The translations under genes were made by a program, and so were the position numbers. From Mantamonas sphyraenae STR306 (lineage: Eukaryota > Protista > CRuMs): DNA of 64,000 bases. Below the pieces are notes generated by a model. It saw nothing but the letters and a program-made list of their open reading frames with translations. It made no database searches and was not told the origin of the DNA. The stretch lies in the NCBI GenBank assembly GCA_026936335.1, contig JAPMXV010000034.1:248001-312000 (forward strand), in the 5' to 3' direction. Positions 22,147 to 33,779 of the stretch are shown piece after piece (the stretch's first letter is position 1; each line of letters starts with the position of its first letter).

Positions 22147-23301
22147 TCAACCCACCACCTTCATTTCCCTTCGCTCGCCCACCGCCCTACCATCCGCCAG
22201 TGAAAAGAATGTCACCACTCCCTCGTCCACAACCGCATACACCACAAGTACCCCGTTGGCCGCCCTTCGATCCCGCCCCACACGTGCTAGCGACGGAACC
22301 GCGCTTCCGTACCCAGACACCACCACACGCAGATCTGCCTGCCCACTCGACCGCCTCGAAAAGTTCTTTGCCCGCCGTGGATGGTACACATCAAACACAA
22401 CCTCATCATCCTCCTGCCCCTCCTCATCCGCACCGCTCTCTGCAAACACAACCTCGTCCAGCTCCACCCGCTCCACGACGTCCACCTTGACCAACGCCTC
22501 TTCATGGGTGCCCTCGAATTCCTCCACATTGCCCAGCAGCGGTGTCACCCGATCCCTCCCGCCCTGCTTCCCGTCCTTGCCCCACCACTTTGCCCCCGCC
22601 GACACCACCGCCTTTACAAACCTTGCCAACCCCCCTTCCTCTTCTCTGTCCACCTCTGTCTCCTCCACCCCAGAGCTAGAACTGCTAGAACTGCTGTCGC
22701 TGCCAACCGTACCCCGCCGCACGGTGTACCCGGCCCGCCGTAGGAACGAGTACACCAGCACGTGATCAAAACGGATTCCCGGCGCACTTCCCAGCAGCTT
22801 GTGTACCTCGTGCACAGATAGCAGCCGCCCTCCCTCCTCCAGCACCACCCCGAGTGTCCCGCGCTCCGCCAGAAACACAAGTTCCTCAGGATACAGCATG
22901 AGTGCACTGTTGGTCGCCACTTCTCCCATCGTGTTCAACACCTTGCCTTGGACGTGCTCCAACCAGCCCATGTGCTCCTCCGTGTCGTACACCGCCCTCT
23001 GCAGCTGGTGCGTGCGCATCCCTCGAGGTACCGCGCAAGCGTTGTACATGTTGTTCAGCGACTTGTGAATCCCACGTGTCTCGCTACGGCCTCCGCTTGG
23101 CATGAACCCTTTCGACCCTCGCTTCGGCGCCTGGCCCATCCCTGGCCGTTCGATGCCCAGCCGCAGCAACTCCTGCTGCTCATTCTCTGTAAACTCTTCC
23201 CCCTCTGGGCCCTCCACCCGAGCCCGTTTCCCCTCGCGTCCTGCCCCTGCTCCGTGACGTTGCCGTCCCTTGCGTTTGCCCATGCTGCCGTTGTCCTGCA
23301 T
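22147..23301 (-). CDS. TSEN54: tRNA-splicing endonuclease subunit Sen54-like
   Basis: LYPEELVFLAERGTL, VYSFLRRAGYTVRR, FDVYHP...F and a terminal YAVVDEGVVTFF match the Sen54 pattern. Confidence 0.8.
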   Translation of the reverse strand: MQDNGSMGKRKGRQRHGAGAGREGKRARVEGPEGEEFTENEQQELLRLGIERPGMGQAPKRGSKGFMPSGGRSETRGIHKSLNNMYNACAVPRGMRTHQLQRAVYDTEEHMGWLEHVQGKVLNTMGEVATNSALMLYPEELVFLAERGTLGVVLEEGGRLLSVHEVHKLLGSAPGIRFDHVLVYSFLRRAGYTVRRGTVGSDSSSSSSSSGVEETEVDREEEGGLARFVKAVVSAGAKWWGKDGKQGGRDRVTPLLGNVEEFEGTHEEALVKVDVVERVELDEVVFAESGADEEGQEDDEVVFDVYHPRRAKNFSRRSSGQADLRVVVSGYGSAVPSLARVGRDRRAANGVLVVYAVVDEGVVTFFSLADGRAVGERREMKVVG

Positions 23302-23373
23302 CGCCCCCCGCCCAAGACCTACTCCTGGACTACACACCAAACGAAAATTCACACGCACAGCCCCAAACATCCA

Positions 23374-24200
23374 TCAATCTTCGTCTTCATCATCATCGTC
23401 ATCGTCATCGCTGCCCCCCTCCAAGATTTCGTCGTCGTCGTCGTCGTCCTCCTTGCCCTTGCCCTTCTCTCCAGCGCCTCCGCTCCCACTGCTGCTCATG
23501 CCCTGCTCTGCAAACCAGCTTGCAACCTCTCCTTTTGCCACATCCGCCGCCGTCTTGCCCCGCTTGTCCACTGCAGTCGCGTCAGCCCCGCTGCTAAGCA
23601 ACGCCTGTACGCTTTCCAGCTGGTCCCGATACGACGCCTTGTGCAACGGCGTCTCACCCACGTTGTTTGCCACATCCACTCCTGCTCCATTGCTCAGCAG
23701 CAGTTCCAGGATGTCCTGGTGTCCTGCCGCCGCAGCACGATCTGTCCACACCCACACACACCATGTCAGTCGTCCGTGAGCTTTCCACCGGCCTGCACAC
23801 GCCACTCCCATTCTCCGATCGAAACAGTCGCCTCCTACTGCGCCTCTGTGCCTGCCCCTGTGACCGCCCTCGGCCCGTGCGGCCCTCTCCAGATCACCAA
23901 GCTCCGCGTCAACAACGCCCCACCCCCCCCTTTTTTCTTGCACTTACGCAGTACTGTGTTGCCCTGTTCGTCCACAGCCGTCAAGTCCGATCCACCCTCA
24001 ACCAGTTCCTTTGTCGCGTCCAGATAGCCCTTGCTCACTGCGTTGAACAGCACCTGTGCGTCCTTGTTTGTCGACTGCCCTCTGTCCGTGTCAGCCTTTC
24101 CGCTCCCCTTTCTCCAACATCCCGCCTCATCCCACACCCGTCTCCCTTGCCCCGTTCCCTACTGCCACAATCTCCCTGGCTTCGCTCCCAACAAATCCAT
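23374..24200 (-). CDS. Small ankyrin-repeat protein with an acidic tail (3 exons; first exon uncertain)
   Basis: GNTVLHRAAAAGH is formed across intron 23947-23742, followed by GETPLHKAS and GKTAADVA. Confidence 0.8.
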
Positions 24201-24264
24201 CCCACGTTTACACTCCCTGCCCGGAACTCACCATGTTGCCCTGCCGCCCCCACCGCATCCACAC

Positions 24265-27200
24265 ATGTCCGTCTCACTGCACACAGAGGCTGTGGCAACA
24301 CGCCTGTCTGCCCTCCACGAGGCTTTGGTCAACAAGCGCCCAGGGTTCGAGGATCTCGGCGCCCTCCTCTTTGTCAACGGCAAGTACGCGGGCGAAGACG
24401 AGGCTCCGCCGGCCACCGCGAATCTGCAACTCTGGTGCTTCGGCTACGAGATGGTCAACACCGTGCTCGTCGTCGCCCCCGATGCCATCCACTTTCTCAG
24501 TGGTAGCAGCAAGGGTCAGTTCATCGCACATCGTCGTCCCTCCTGTTGGCCCTCGCCCATTCTTTCCTCCTTTCTCCGTCTGCCTGATCACACTCTCGCT
24601 CACACGCATCGTCGCCCCCGCAGTTCAACTCTTTGACGGCGTCGGCTCGCATGAAAAGTGCACCTGCAACCTCCAACTGCATGTCCGCCCCAGCAACCCG
24701 CAGGACATGCTCGCCAAACTCAACGAACTCCTCCCGCAGGTATGTTTTTGCCCTTTCCCGCTTTTTTTTGGCGCCATTTTCCCGCGCCTTTCCCACCTCG
24801 GCACCCAAACCACGCTCACACATCTTCCCCGGTCTGCAAACCACCACACACATCGTCTCGCACGCCCTGTACTCTCTTCCACACCCATGCCTCTCTCCCT
24901 CCACCCTTCCCAGGGCGTCACCGTCGGCGTGTTCAACGAGGATTTGCTCGAGATCAGCTCAAGCGGCGGCTCGCTGATGCAGCCCGTCCTCCAGGGACTC
25001 CTCAAGCAGGACGGCTGGAAGAGCGTAGACATCACCGACACCATCTCCGACATGCAGGCACACAAGGACGAGCTCGAGGTCGCCCAGATGCAGCGTGCAA
25101 GCAGCCTCGCATGCGCTGTCATGTCCTCCTTCTTTGAAGATCGCATGGCCACCGCCCTGCAGGATGGCAAGCGCATCAAGCACTCCAAGCTTGCCGCAAT
25201 GACAGAGGCTGCCGTCATCGCTCCGGAAAAGGTGCCCCTTGACGGCTTTGACTCCAAGGTCGACCAGCTCGACTGTCCCCTGACCCCCATTGTCCAGTCC
25301 GGCGGCAACTACTCTCTCAAGCTCAACGCAGAGTCTGACGACAACAACCTGACCCCAGACACCATCCTCTGCTGCTTCGCCACAAGCAGCAAGAACTACC
25401 ACTCCATGATTGGCCGTTCCTTCATGATCGACCCCAGCAAGCAGGAGAAGCAAAACTACAACATCCTCCTGCAGGTGCGCCAGGCTGCCCTCGACGCCCT
25501 GCGTCCAGGCACGCCCCTTGCAGACGTCTTTGCTGCCGCCTCGGCCAAGCTGGCCGAGCTCGACGACTCGCTCTCCTCTCACTTTCTCAAGTCCATCGGT
25601 TTCTCCACGGGCATCAACCTGCAGGAGCCCTCCCTCATGATCAACGCCAAGACCACACGCCGCGCCGAGCAGGGCATGGTCTTTGTCCTCCGCGTCGGCC
25701 TTCGCTCCCTCAAGCGCGCCTCCACCTCAAAGTCGTCCTCCGACTCCTACTCCCTTCTCCTCGCAGACACCGTCGTCGTCGGCGCCGACGAACCAACCGT
25801 CCTCACCGCCGCTGCTCCCGTCGATCTCAAGCAGGTCGAGTACAAGATGGACGACCAGGACGACGTCGACGTCATCCAGGAGGGCCAGACCACAGAGGAT
25901 CGCCTGCGCGGCAAGTCCTCCCAGAGCGCCGCCGAGCGCCGCAAGCAGAAGCAGGACGAGATTGCCAAGCGCAAGATTGCCGAAGGTCTCGCCCTCGTCG
26001 CCAAGGGCAAGGCCAAGCTGGAAATCAAGGGCCAGCTCGAAATCGACGACATTGCCACCTATGACCAGGGTCCCTCCCAGTTCCCGTCCTCCACCCTCCG
26101 CGCCAAGCGCATTGTCGTCGACAACACGCGCGAGGCTGTCCTCCTGCCCATCAACGGCCGCCACGTGCCCTTTCACATCGGCACCATCAAGTCCGTCACC
26201 AAGCAGACCGACAACGACAGCACCTACCTCCGCGTCGCCTTCCATCTGCCGGCTTCTTCCAGCTCCAACGCAAAGGTCAGCATCAACACACCCAACTTTC
26301 CCAACAACAATGCCATCTTTGTGCGTGATCTTATGTTCCGTGCCCCGGTCGCGGACCCGCACATGCCAAAGTGCTTCCAAGAAATCAAGGACATCCAGAA
26401 GCGCATCCAGAACAGGCTCAAGGAGTCCCAGAACAAGGCCTCCCTCGTCGAGCAAGACGAACTCGTCACCATCAAGGGTGGCTTTGCCCGTCTCCTCAAC
26501 GTGTGCATTCGCCCGTCCATCTCGGGCAAGCGCACCCTTGGCGGCTTGTACTGCCATCAGAACGGCCTGCGCTTCGTCCCGTCCAAGGACCAGACCAAGC
26601 ACGTCGACATTCTGTACAACAACATCAAGCGCGCCTTCTTTCAGCCCGCCAAGAAGGATCTCATTGTCCTCATCCACTTCCACCTCAAGAACGAGATCAT
26701 GATCGGCCGCAAGCGCGTCCAGGACATCCAAATCTTCACCGAGGTCATGGAGCTGGCCCAGGACATCAACCAGCGCCGCCGCGACCGTGACGAGGACGAG
26801 ATTGAGGCCGAGCAGCGCGAGCGTGAACTCAAGCACCAGCTTAACAAGGGCTTCAAGAACTTTACAGAGAAGCTGGAACAGGAGACGTCGGTGTCGTTCG
26901 ACGAGCCCTACGACAACCTCGGCTTTGACGGCGCCGCCACAAAGGGCCGCATGTTCTTCATGCCCACCGTCAACTGCCTCGTCCACCTGGTTGAGTTGCC
27001 CTTTTTCGTGCTCGACATGACCGACATCGACATTGTAAACCTGGAGCGCGTGCAGCACGGCACTCGCTTCTTTGACATTGTCTTTGTGCACAAGGGGTTC
27101 ATGAAGACCACCAAGATCGACGCCGTGCCGCTCGGCTCCCTGGACACCATCCGCGACTGGCTCGACACCTGCGACATCAAGTACTACGAGACAAAGATCA

Positions 27201-27553
27201 ACCTGCTGTGGAAGGATGTGCTCAAGACCGTCCGCGATGACATCGAGGGCTTCTACGAAGAGGGCGGCTGGCAGTTTGTCCTGGACGTGGAACACGAGAG
27301 CGAGGAGGAGGACGAGGAGGAGGAGGACGTCAGCGACTTTGAGCTGCCTTCCGACGACGAGAGCGAAGACTCGGACGAGTACGCCTCCGACGAAGACTTT
27401 TCCGCAGAGGAAGAGTCGGATGGCGATCCCGAGGACGACCTTGACGAAGAGGGCCTGGACTGGGACGAGCTGGAGCAGGAGGCCAAGAACGACGACCGCA
27501 AGCGCGGCCGCGAAGACGAGACCCAGAGCGGTTCCAAGCGATCGCGTCATTGA
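24265..27553 (+). CDS. SPT16: FACT complex subunit SPT16 (3 exons)
   Basis: LQLWCFGYE, PIVQSGGNYSLK, VPFHIGTIKSV, HQNGLRF, HFHLKNEIMIG and GLDWDELEQEA. Introns 24515-24623 and 24740-24913. Confidence 0.97.
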
Positions 27554-27626
27554 AGCGAGTTGCAGCAGCGCAGAAAAAACATTCTTCCTTCTTCTTCCCG
27601 CTCCCTCTGCAATCCCTCCATCCGCT

Positions 27627-28741
27627 TCATTGCCCCCTTTGTTCCCGAGGATGATCCCAATCTCCACCCGCTGGACGGCCCAGCAAACTCGTGCGCGGAG
27701 AGTCTTGCGGCGACGACGACTGTGAATTGGCTGCGCGGTGGGAGCGACGTTTGGTGCTGGGCATCTTGCGCATGACCCACAGGATGACGGCGGCCGGGAT
27801 GATCTCCACAAACACGTAGAAGCTGCCAACAAAGAGAAAGTTGAGGTCCACGTCTTGGGGCAGCAGACTGAGGCCCGTGTACGTGGCTCGCACTGTGAAG
27901 CAGGCAGTGCAGACAATGGTGGACACAAACACCTCCTTGAGCCTGTTGCGGCGGTTCTTGGTGTCGATGGGAAACGCGCTCAGCATTTTGTACAAGCGCC
28001 CACCATACATGCAGAAGGCGAGAGCAGCAAGCAGAGACACTACACCGGAGAATCTGTGCCAAGAAAAACGGGTGTGCGTCGCAGCGGGGGTCAGCACGGG
28101 ACGGGAGAGGAAAATTGCACAGCACGGCCACCCCTCGCACCCTGCGCTCCTTGCAAGCAGGCCAGTCTGCAACACATCCACCAGCGGGAAATCCTGGGTG
28201 TAGACACTCTCTCAACGTACGCGTGGTCGATGTAGTTGATGTCCTGGGCATCCTGCGGCAGGATGACAAGCATGATCCAGATGATGACCTCGGCGAGGTA
28301 GACGACGCCGTTGACGCCCAGGAAGACTTGGTTGAGGTTGGTGGTGTTCTGAGCGTCTGCCTTGGCGATGATTTCCGCCCAGAAGAGGATAAGGAGGCAG
28401 AAGCAGGTGAAGTAGAGGAGATTGGGCAGGTCGTCCAGAATGGAAAACACAATGTGCTTGAAGGAACTCATGAAAAAGTCCTCGGGGGCCCAATAGGGAA
28501 TGACCAGGAAGAAGGCTGTGCGCACAGCGTTGGCCGCAATCATCACAGTGAAGATTTTTACATGGATGGACCACGGTGAGGCTGGCGGGGAGGTGGCAGA
28601 GGCAGCTGCAGCCGCGGCTGCGCGTGTACGATACCGCACCAGCTGCACCAGAGGCACCAGCGTCATCAGCGCATACACCCCCGACAGCACATAGATGGTC
28701 ACAGCCAAAGGCTCAATCGACGCAAACTCGACTGTCGGCAT
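27627..28741 (-). CDS. THH1/TOM1/TOM3 (GPR137-like) 7-TM protein (2 exons)
   Basis: LDDLPNLLYFTCFCLLILFWAEI, YGGRLYKMLSAFPIDTKNRRNRLKEV and EIIPAAVILWVMRKMP. Intron 28220-28054. Confidence 0.88.
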
Positions 28742-28806
28742 GGATGACGTGTGCCCGCCGCCGCCCCGCTCCTCCACCCAGCCCCAGTTCACCCCCAACC
28801 GCCGCC

Positions 28807-29530
28807 ATGGAGTTGGAGAACGCAAATCCCGTTGTGTTTGAAGCGCAGACACACATCAAGCGCGACACGTCCATGGAGCTGGATGAGGACGTGGACGACC
28901 CGCTCGACGCCCTGGAGTTGTTTGATATCCTTCTTCGTGCCCTGCTTCCTGCTTGCATGCCCATTCCACCCTGCATGCGTGAGAAAGTGTCACTGCCTGC
29001 ACCAACGGTGCACCTCCTTCACATGGGTGCATACCTGACTGCGTGTGTGTCCATGGCACCGTTCTGTGCCACGATTCCGCCTCAATTGTAGTTCCGCTTT
29101 GGTTGTTGCCTCCTTAACTCGTGAACCGTATGCCTGTGCGACATCCCATGCCCCTGAACTCAATCTGCGACCCGTTTGCGTACATCTTATCCGGGATATC
29201 AAGGATCCGGAGCATCCACTGACGCTGGAGCAGCTGAATGTGGTCAAGCACGAGCTGATCGAGCTGGACGAGGAGCGGCAAGAAGTGCTGGTGCAATTCA
29301 CGCCGACCATCCCGCACTGTTCCATGGCTACTCTCATCGGCCTGTGTATCAAAGTCAAGATGATCCGTTCGTTGCCAGAGTCGTACAAGATCGACGTCGA
29401 AGTCGAACCGGGCACGCACGCCACCGAGGCTGCGGTCAACAAGCAACTCAACGACAAGGAGCGTGTGGCAGCCGCACTGGAAAACTCTTCCCTCATTGGT
29501 GTGGTCAACAACTGCCTGCGCGGCCTGTGA
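28807..29530 (+). CDS. CIAO2B: Cytosolic Fe-S assembly component CIA2 (FAM96B/MIP18), split by an AT-AC intron
   Basis: [10 protein letters not shown]...ELFD|[38 protein letters not shown] and [17 protein letters not shown]. Confidence 0.95.
28925..29183 (+). other. U12-type (minor spliceosome) AT-AC intron
   Basis: It begins ATATCCTT, carries TCCTTAAC at 29111-29118 and ends AC. Removal yields TTT GAT CTT ATC (FDLI). I found no GT-AG pair that restores this junction. Confidence 0.9.
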
Positions 29531-29580
29531 GCTCCGCCGCTGCCCCGTTTGCGCCAACCCGAACACTTCAACATCTGACC

Positions 29581-30154
29581 ATGGCACCTCCGCCTGATGC
29601 GGTCGCAGGCGTGGGTCCGGGTACCTTTACCATTATCTTTTTCGCCCTGTTGGCCATCCTCCTCTGTGTGGTGGGCATCCAAATCAAGAAAGCAGGGTAC
29701 GTTTCTCCTCCCGCGTATTGCTCTCGCCGTCAGCATTGCCTGCCCCGTTTGCCAGCGCATGGTCCTCCACCTCAAGCACACGTCTTTGTTCTGCCTGATC
29801 CCTGCGTCTTTGGGTCGTGGCGTTCTGCCGCTGCAGAGGCCGCGGGTTCGGCTCACCAACCGTTTTGGCGCTCGATTTCCCTGACGCCGCAGCACGCGCA
29901 CACATCGCAGTCTCATGATTGCCATTGGCTATGGCATGCTGGCCATAGTGTCTATTATTCTTTTTCTGTCTCCAAAGGCCCCCCGCGCCACCATTGCCGC
30001 CCAGCAGCAAGTCGTCACCGATCCCACCGTCGGCCCGCGCACTCTCTTTGATCTCTTTGTCTTTGTCGGGCTCGTGGTTGGCCTCCTTGCCCTCTTTATG
30101 TTTATAGTTGCTCGACCCGTGTATGCCATGCCGCGGGGAAAGCTGCGTGGGTGA
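29581..30154 (+). CDS. TMEM218: TMEM218-like ciliary transition-zone membrane protein (2 exons)
   Basis: A small 3-TM protein with VAGVGPGTF at the N-terminus, FLSPK, and a terminal ARPVYAMP, matching the TMEM218 pattern (VLGVGAGVF...EPIYAKP). Intron 29697-29910. Confidence 0.8.
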
Positions 30155-30375
30155 TGTTCATGGCAGCGGGGTGTGCAAAAAGCCCCACGCCGCTGACAAT
30201 GATTGACTTGACTCTCATCTTTCCCATCTTCTCACCCCCGGTGCGGTGACTCGGCGTCATCGTGGGTCGCACCCTCGAAGAAACTGGTGACGGTGCTCTG
30301 CTCGCACGAAATGGAGTCCCATGAATTTGAATTTGCGCCTTCTTCGCCCAGACCCACGGCCTCCCAACCATTTTC

Positions 30376-33300
30376 TCAGGCAGATCGGCGGCCTTGCTGC
30401 ACTGCCCGTTGGTTTTCAACCGCAAATTGCTCTTCCCAGTCTTTGTCCACAGCTGTCTTGCGCTCCTTCAGCCGCAGGTGCATCTCGACGTCGCGCAAGG
30501 CCGGCGGTGGCGTGAGGTACTGCAGCACCACGGGGGCTATCACCATGGCAATGCAGAAGGAAAGGATGAGCGAGAGCACAAACAGTGCGATGAGAAGCTG
30601 CAGGTAGCCGCCGATGAACGGGATCATCAGCGCAAACAGGGCAGCCGAGCCGAATCCGTGAAAGACACTGCCGCCCACGGCCGCAAACATGGTTCGCAGG
30701 CGCTCCTCCACCGTACCCACGGAAATGTTGAAACTGTGCACCACATGGGCGGTGTAGTCGACGCCAAAGCCCAGGACAAACACACCGACAAACACCAACG
30801 CCTGGCTCACGTTGACGTACGGATACAAATCGACCAGAGCATACGAGGTGAGACCTGTCAGTGTCATTGACATGACCACAAGGATGGCCGAGAGCGGGTT
30901 GATCAGAAACACCGCCGACACGAGTGCAACGAGCAGGCCAGACACAAGTCCCGTTTCCAGCAGCAGATCCTCCAGAAAGCGTGTGCTCACCGATGCATCC
31001 AGCCAGTATGAGGTGAAAGAAACCAGCGCACGCTCGTTCTTGCTCAATCCAGCCTGCAATTGCGCTTGGATGGCCTTGTACGCCGTCACACCTTCCGCCA
31101 CATAAAAGGGCGACATCACGGGTATGGTGAAGCGTGTGGTGTACACGTGCTTCTTTCCATCCCACATAATGTGTGTGCGCAGATGTTGAAACTGCGGCAA
31201 TGCCAAAAACGTGCGCAGCTTCTGCTCAAAGTCGGCTTGCGTGGTTGGCATGGCCCCAGCGTTTGCGTTTGCAAAGTCTGCGTACCAACACGTGGTGAGG
31301 TTGGACCAGCCGGAGAGCACCAACGGTGGTCCTGCCGAGCGCACAAAACGACACACCGCACGCAGCCGTTGATCCACTTTGCGGGTCCAGTACGCTGTGC
31401 CCGGCGGAACCACAAGGAAACCGCGCCCATGGGATGTGTTGAACATGGTGTGCAGGCGCACCCTATGAGGGGTGGTTTCCAGGCTGGGGTGCAGGTTCAT
31501 GTCCGCGGTGGCAGCGACCGCGTTTGTGTACGCCAGCAGGCGGTACACACAAGCGTACACCATCAGGCCGAAAATCACAAAGGCTACCACATGGCATGCC
31601 TTGTGAAGGATCATGTCCACGTACGTGGTTTCAAAGAAGCGCGAGAGCACCGTGCTGTCGCGACGCAGCACAGCGTACTCTCGATCCTCCAACAGCTCGT
31701 CCTCAGTGCGATTGGAGCCTCCCGAGCGTGACGAACCCAACGCAGACTGTACATCCAAAGTCACCGAGCCAATTGAGCGTGACGACTCTCGCCGTGCACT
31801 GTTGCGCCGCACAATTTGCAGCGGATCCGACACATCGACGCTGCTTCTGGCGGAGCGCGAACGCTCGTTGCTGTTGCGCCTTTCGCTGCTCACAGAATCG
31901 CCGCTTGTGCGTCGTGACGACACAGACAGCGCTTCGCTGACTCTACGCGACGCTGGTGCGCTGCGAGATCCCGACAAGTTGCTTCCCAGTCCCTCTCCAT
32001 TTGCCCAATTGCCAATCTCCACCAAACTGGGGCTCCTGCCAGCCCCAGAGCCCTCTCTCGACGCGTGTGTGGCCGGCAGAGACGACTGGGACAGCTCGGC
32101 CATCTCCACGTCCGACTGCACGCTCTTTTCGCGGCGCTCGCACACCATGGCAGCTGTCACCGACTGCGGACAGCACAGTCCAAACACGTAGCGCCCCTTT
32201 GCAGACATCTTGAGGTCGATGGACAGACACGCGGTCACCAGACACATCTGCAGCAAAAAGTCTGCAAGGAGCGAAACGGACATGAAGAATGCCATGTTCC
32301 GCGGCGTCTCCGCCGTCGTGCCAACCATGCCATACCCAAAAACCATCAAGTCGGTGATTGTGGTCATGAGAATGGCGGTCCCTGCCTCGCCAATTCCTTC
32401 GGCGAGACGCAGTGTCGGGTTGGGATGCTGCACTCGTGCGACGCTGCTGGTGATGATGAAGATGTCATCGACGCCAATGGCGACCACAACAGCCACGCCC
32501 AACTGTAGAAAGGCATGTGTGGGCATCTGAAGAGCGGCCATGATGCCAAACGAGGCCAGGGATGCCAGCAGTGCGTTCAGCAGACCCAGCAGCAAAACTG
32601 ACACCGTGCCGTTCAAATCTCGTTTGAACCCGGCCCCAATCAGGTACAGCACCATACCAGTCATCCAGTAAAGCAGGTAGGAGGTCCCGCCGCCTTCGAT
32701 GAGACTCCGGCTGCACCCTGACATCGCAACAAGGTCTCCTCCTTCCTGCCGTACCTTGCCGTTTTGGATGCACAGCTCAGTCCACTCCTGGTCTCGGTCT
32801 CCCCACTCCTGTGTTTGAATCACCTGTGAATGTGGCCGGCAGTACGATGGCGTGAGCAGTGGTGATGCTGGCAACGAAAAAAGACCTGCTCTGGATACAG
32901 TTCGGCCCAAAAACACCTTCTCAGCTCCTCAACGCGAAGCACTCACCGGCAGGAGAGGATACTTGATTCGCCAATCCACGACACTTGCAATGGACCCGGT
33001 CTGACTGTACTTGACGCCTCCTGCGACTGCGTCGACGGGCAGCCACGTGCCGTTTCGAAAGCCGGCAAGGAAAATTTGTGTCCCCACGACGTTTGCGTTG
33101 ATTGTCCCCAGCTTGTCCTTGTCCGCGGCCAGGGCCGAGCTGTTAGGCCACACTTGCAGCACAGACATGGCCTCACATTCTTGCGACGCCGTCCGGATGC
33201 CACCCATCTGTGCCTCGTCGCCCAGCCGCAAGTCTTGCGCGGGCTGCCAAGGCTGGCAGTAGTTTCGAAACGCCCTCCGCTTGCCCAGGTACGCAAAGGT

Positions 33301-33723
33301 GAAGCCACGAACACGCGTGTCGGCCTTGACCAATAGCTCCAGGGCCTGGTCTGAGAACACACTGCCAACCGACCGCCAAGGATCGAGCACGTTGGGCTTA
33401 TTCGTCACCAGCACGTCAAGAAACTCGTCGTCGGCGCCAAAAGCGATGAGGTTGGTGCGCGTGCCTGGCTCATCCGTGAACATGATGGTGACAGAGAGAT
33501 AGTCAAATTGGAGGGAGCCCAGGAAGGACAACGGCACCATGAGAAGCACCAGCGAGGCACAGATCCAACGCCACGGGTGTCTGCTCACACGCACCGCATG
33601 GTTGTGGAACGCCGAATGGACCACCAAATCCACCATCAACCCTATGCGCATGTACGGTTTGGCTCGCCGCGCTATCAGGCGCTTCACCTGCTGGGATTGG
33701 CCGCCTTCAGCGCTGGAGGACAT
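30376..33723 (-). CDS. Patched-related / NPC1-like sterol-sensing-domain RND transporter, copy A (2 exons)
   Basis: AIGVDDIFII (TM4), EAGTAILMTTITD and GFGVDYTAHV (TM10) in a two-repeat RND topology. Intron 32946-32824. Confidence 0.9.
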
Positions 33724-33779
33724 CGGCGCTCGATTTCTTTGCCTTCATGGCGCATCCATTTCTGACTTGTTGCATCCCC

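Noticed and set aside
25727-27928. 733-aa ORF antisense to SPT16 (likewise 38485-40929)
   Set aside because: Mirror-frame artefacts of biased codon usage. The 38485 ORF merely contains the first two RasGEF exons.
28979-29090. U2 intron nested inside the U12 intron (GTGAGA...CTGAC...TAG)
   Set aside because: Short signals like these arise by chance and are not needed to make the mRNA. Only intermediate-junction reads could support it.
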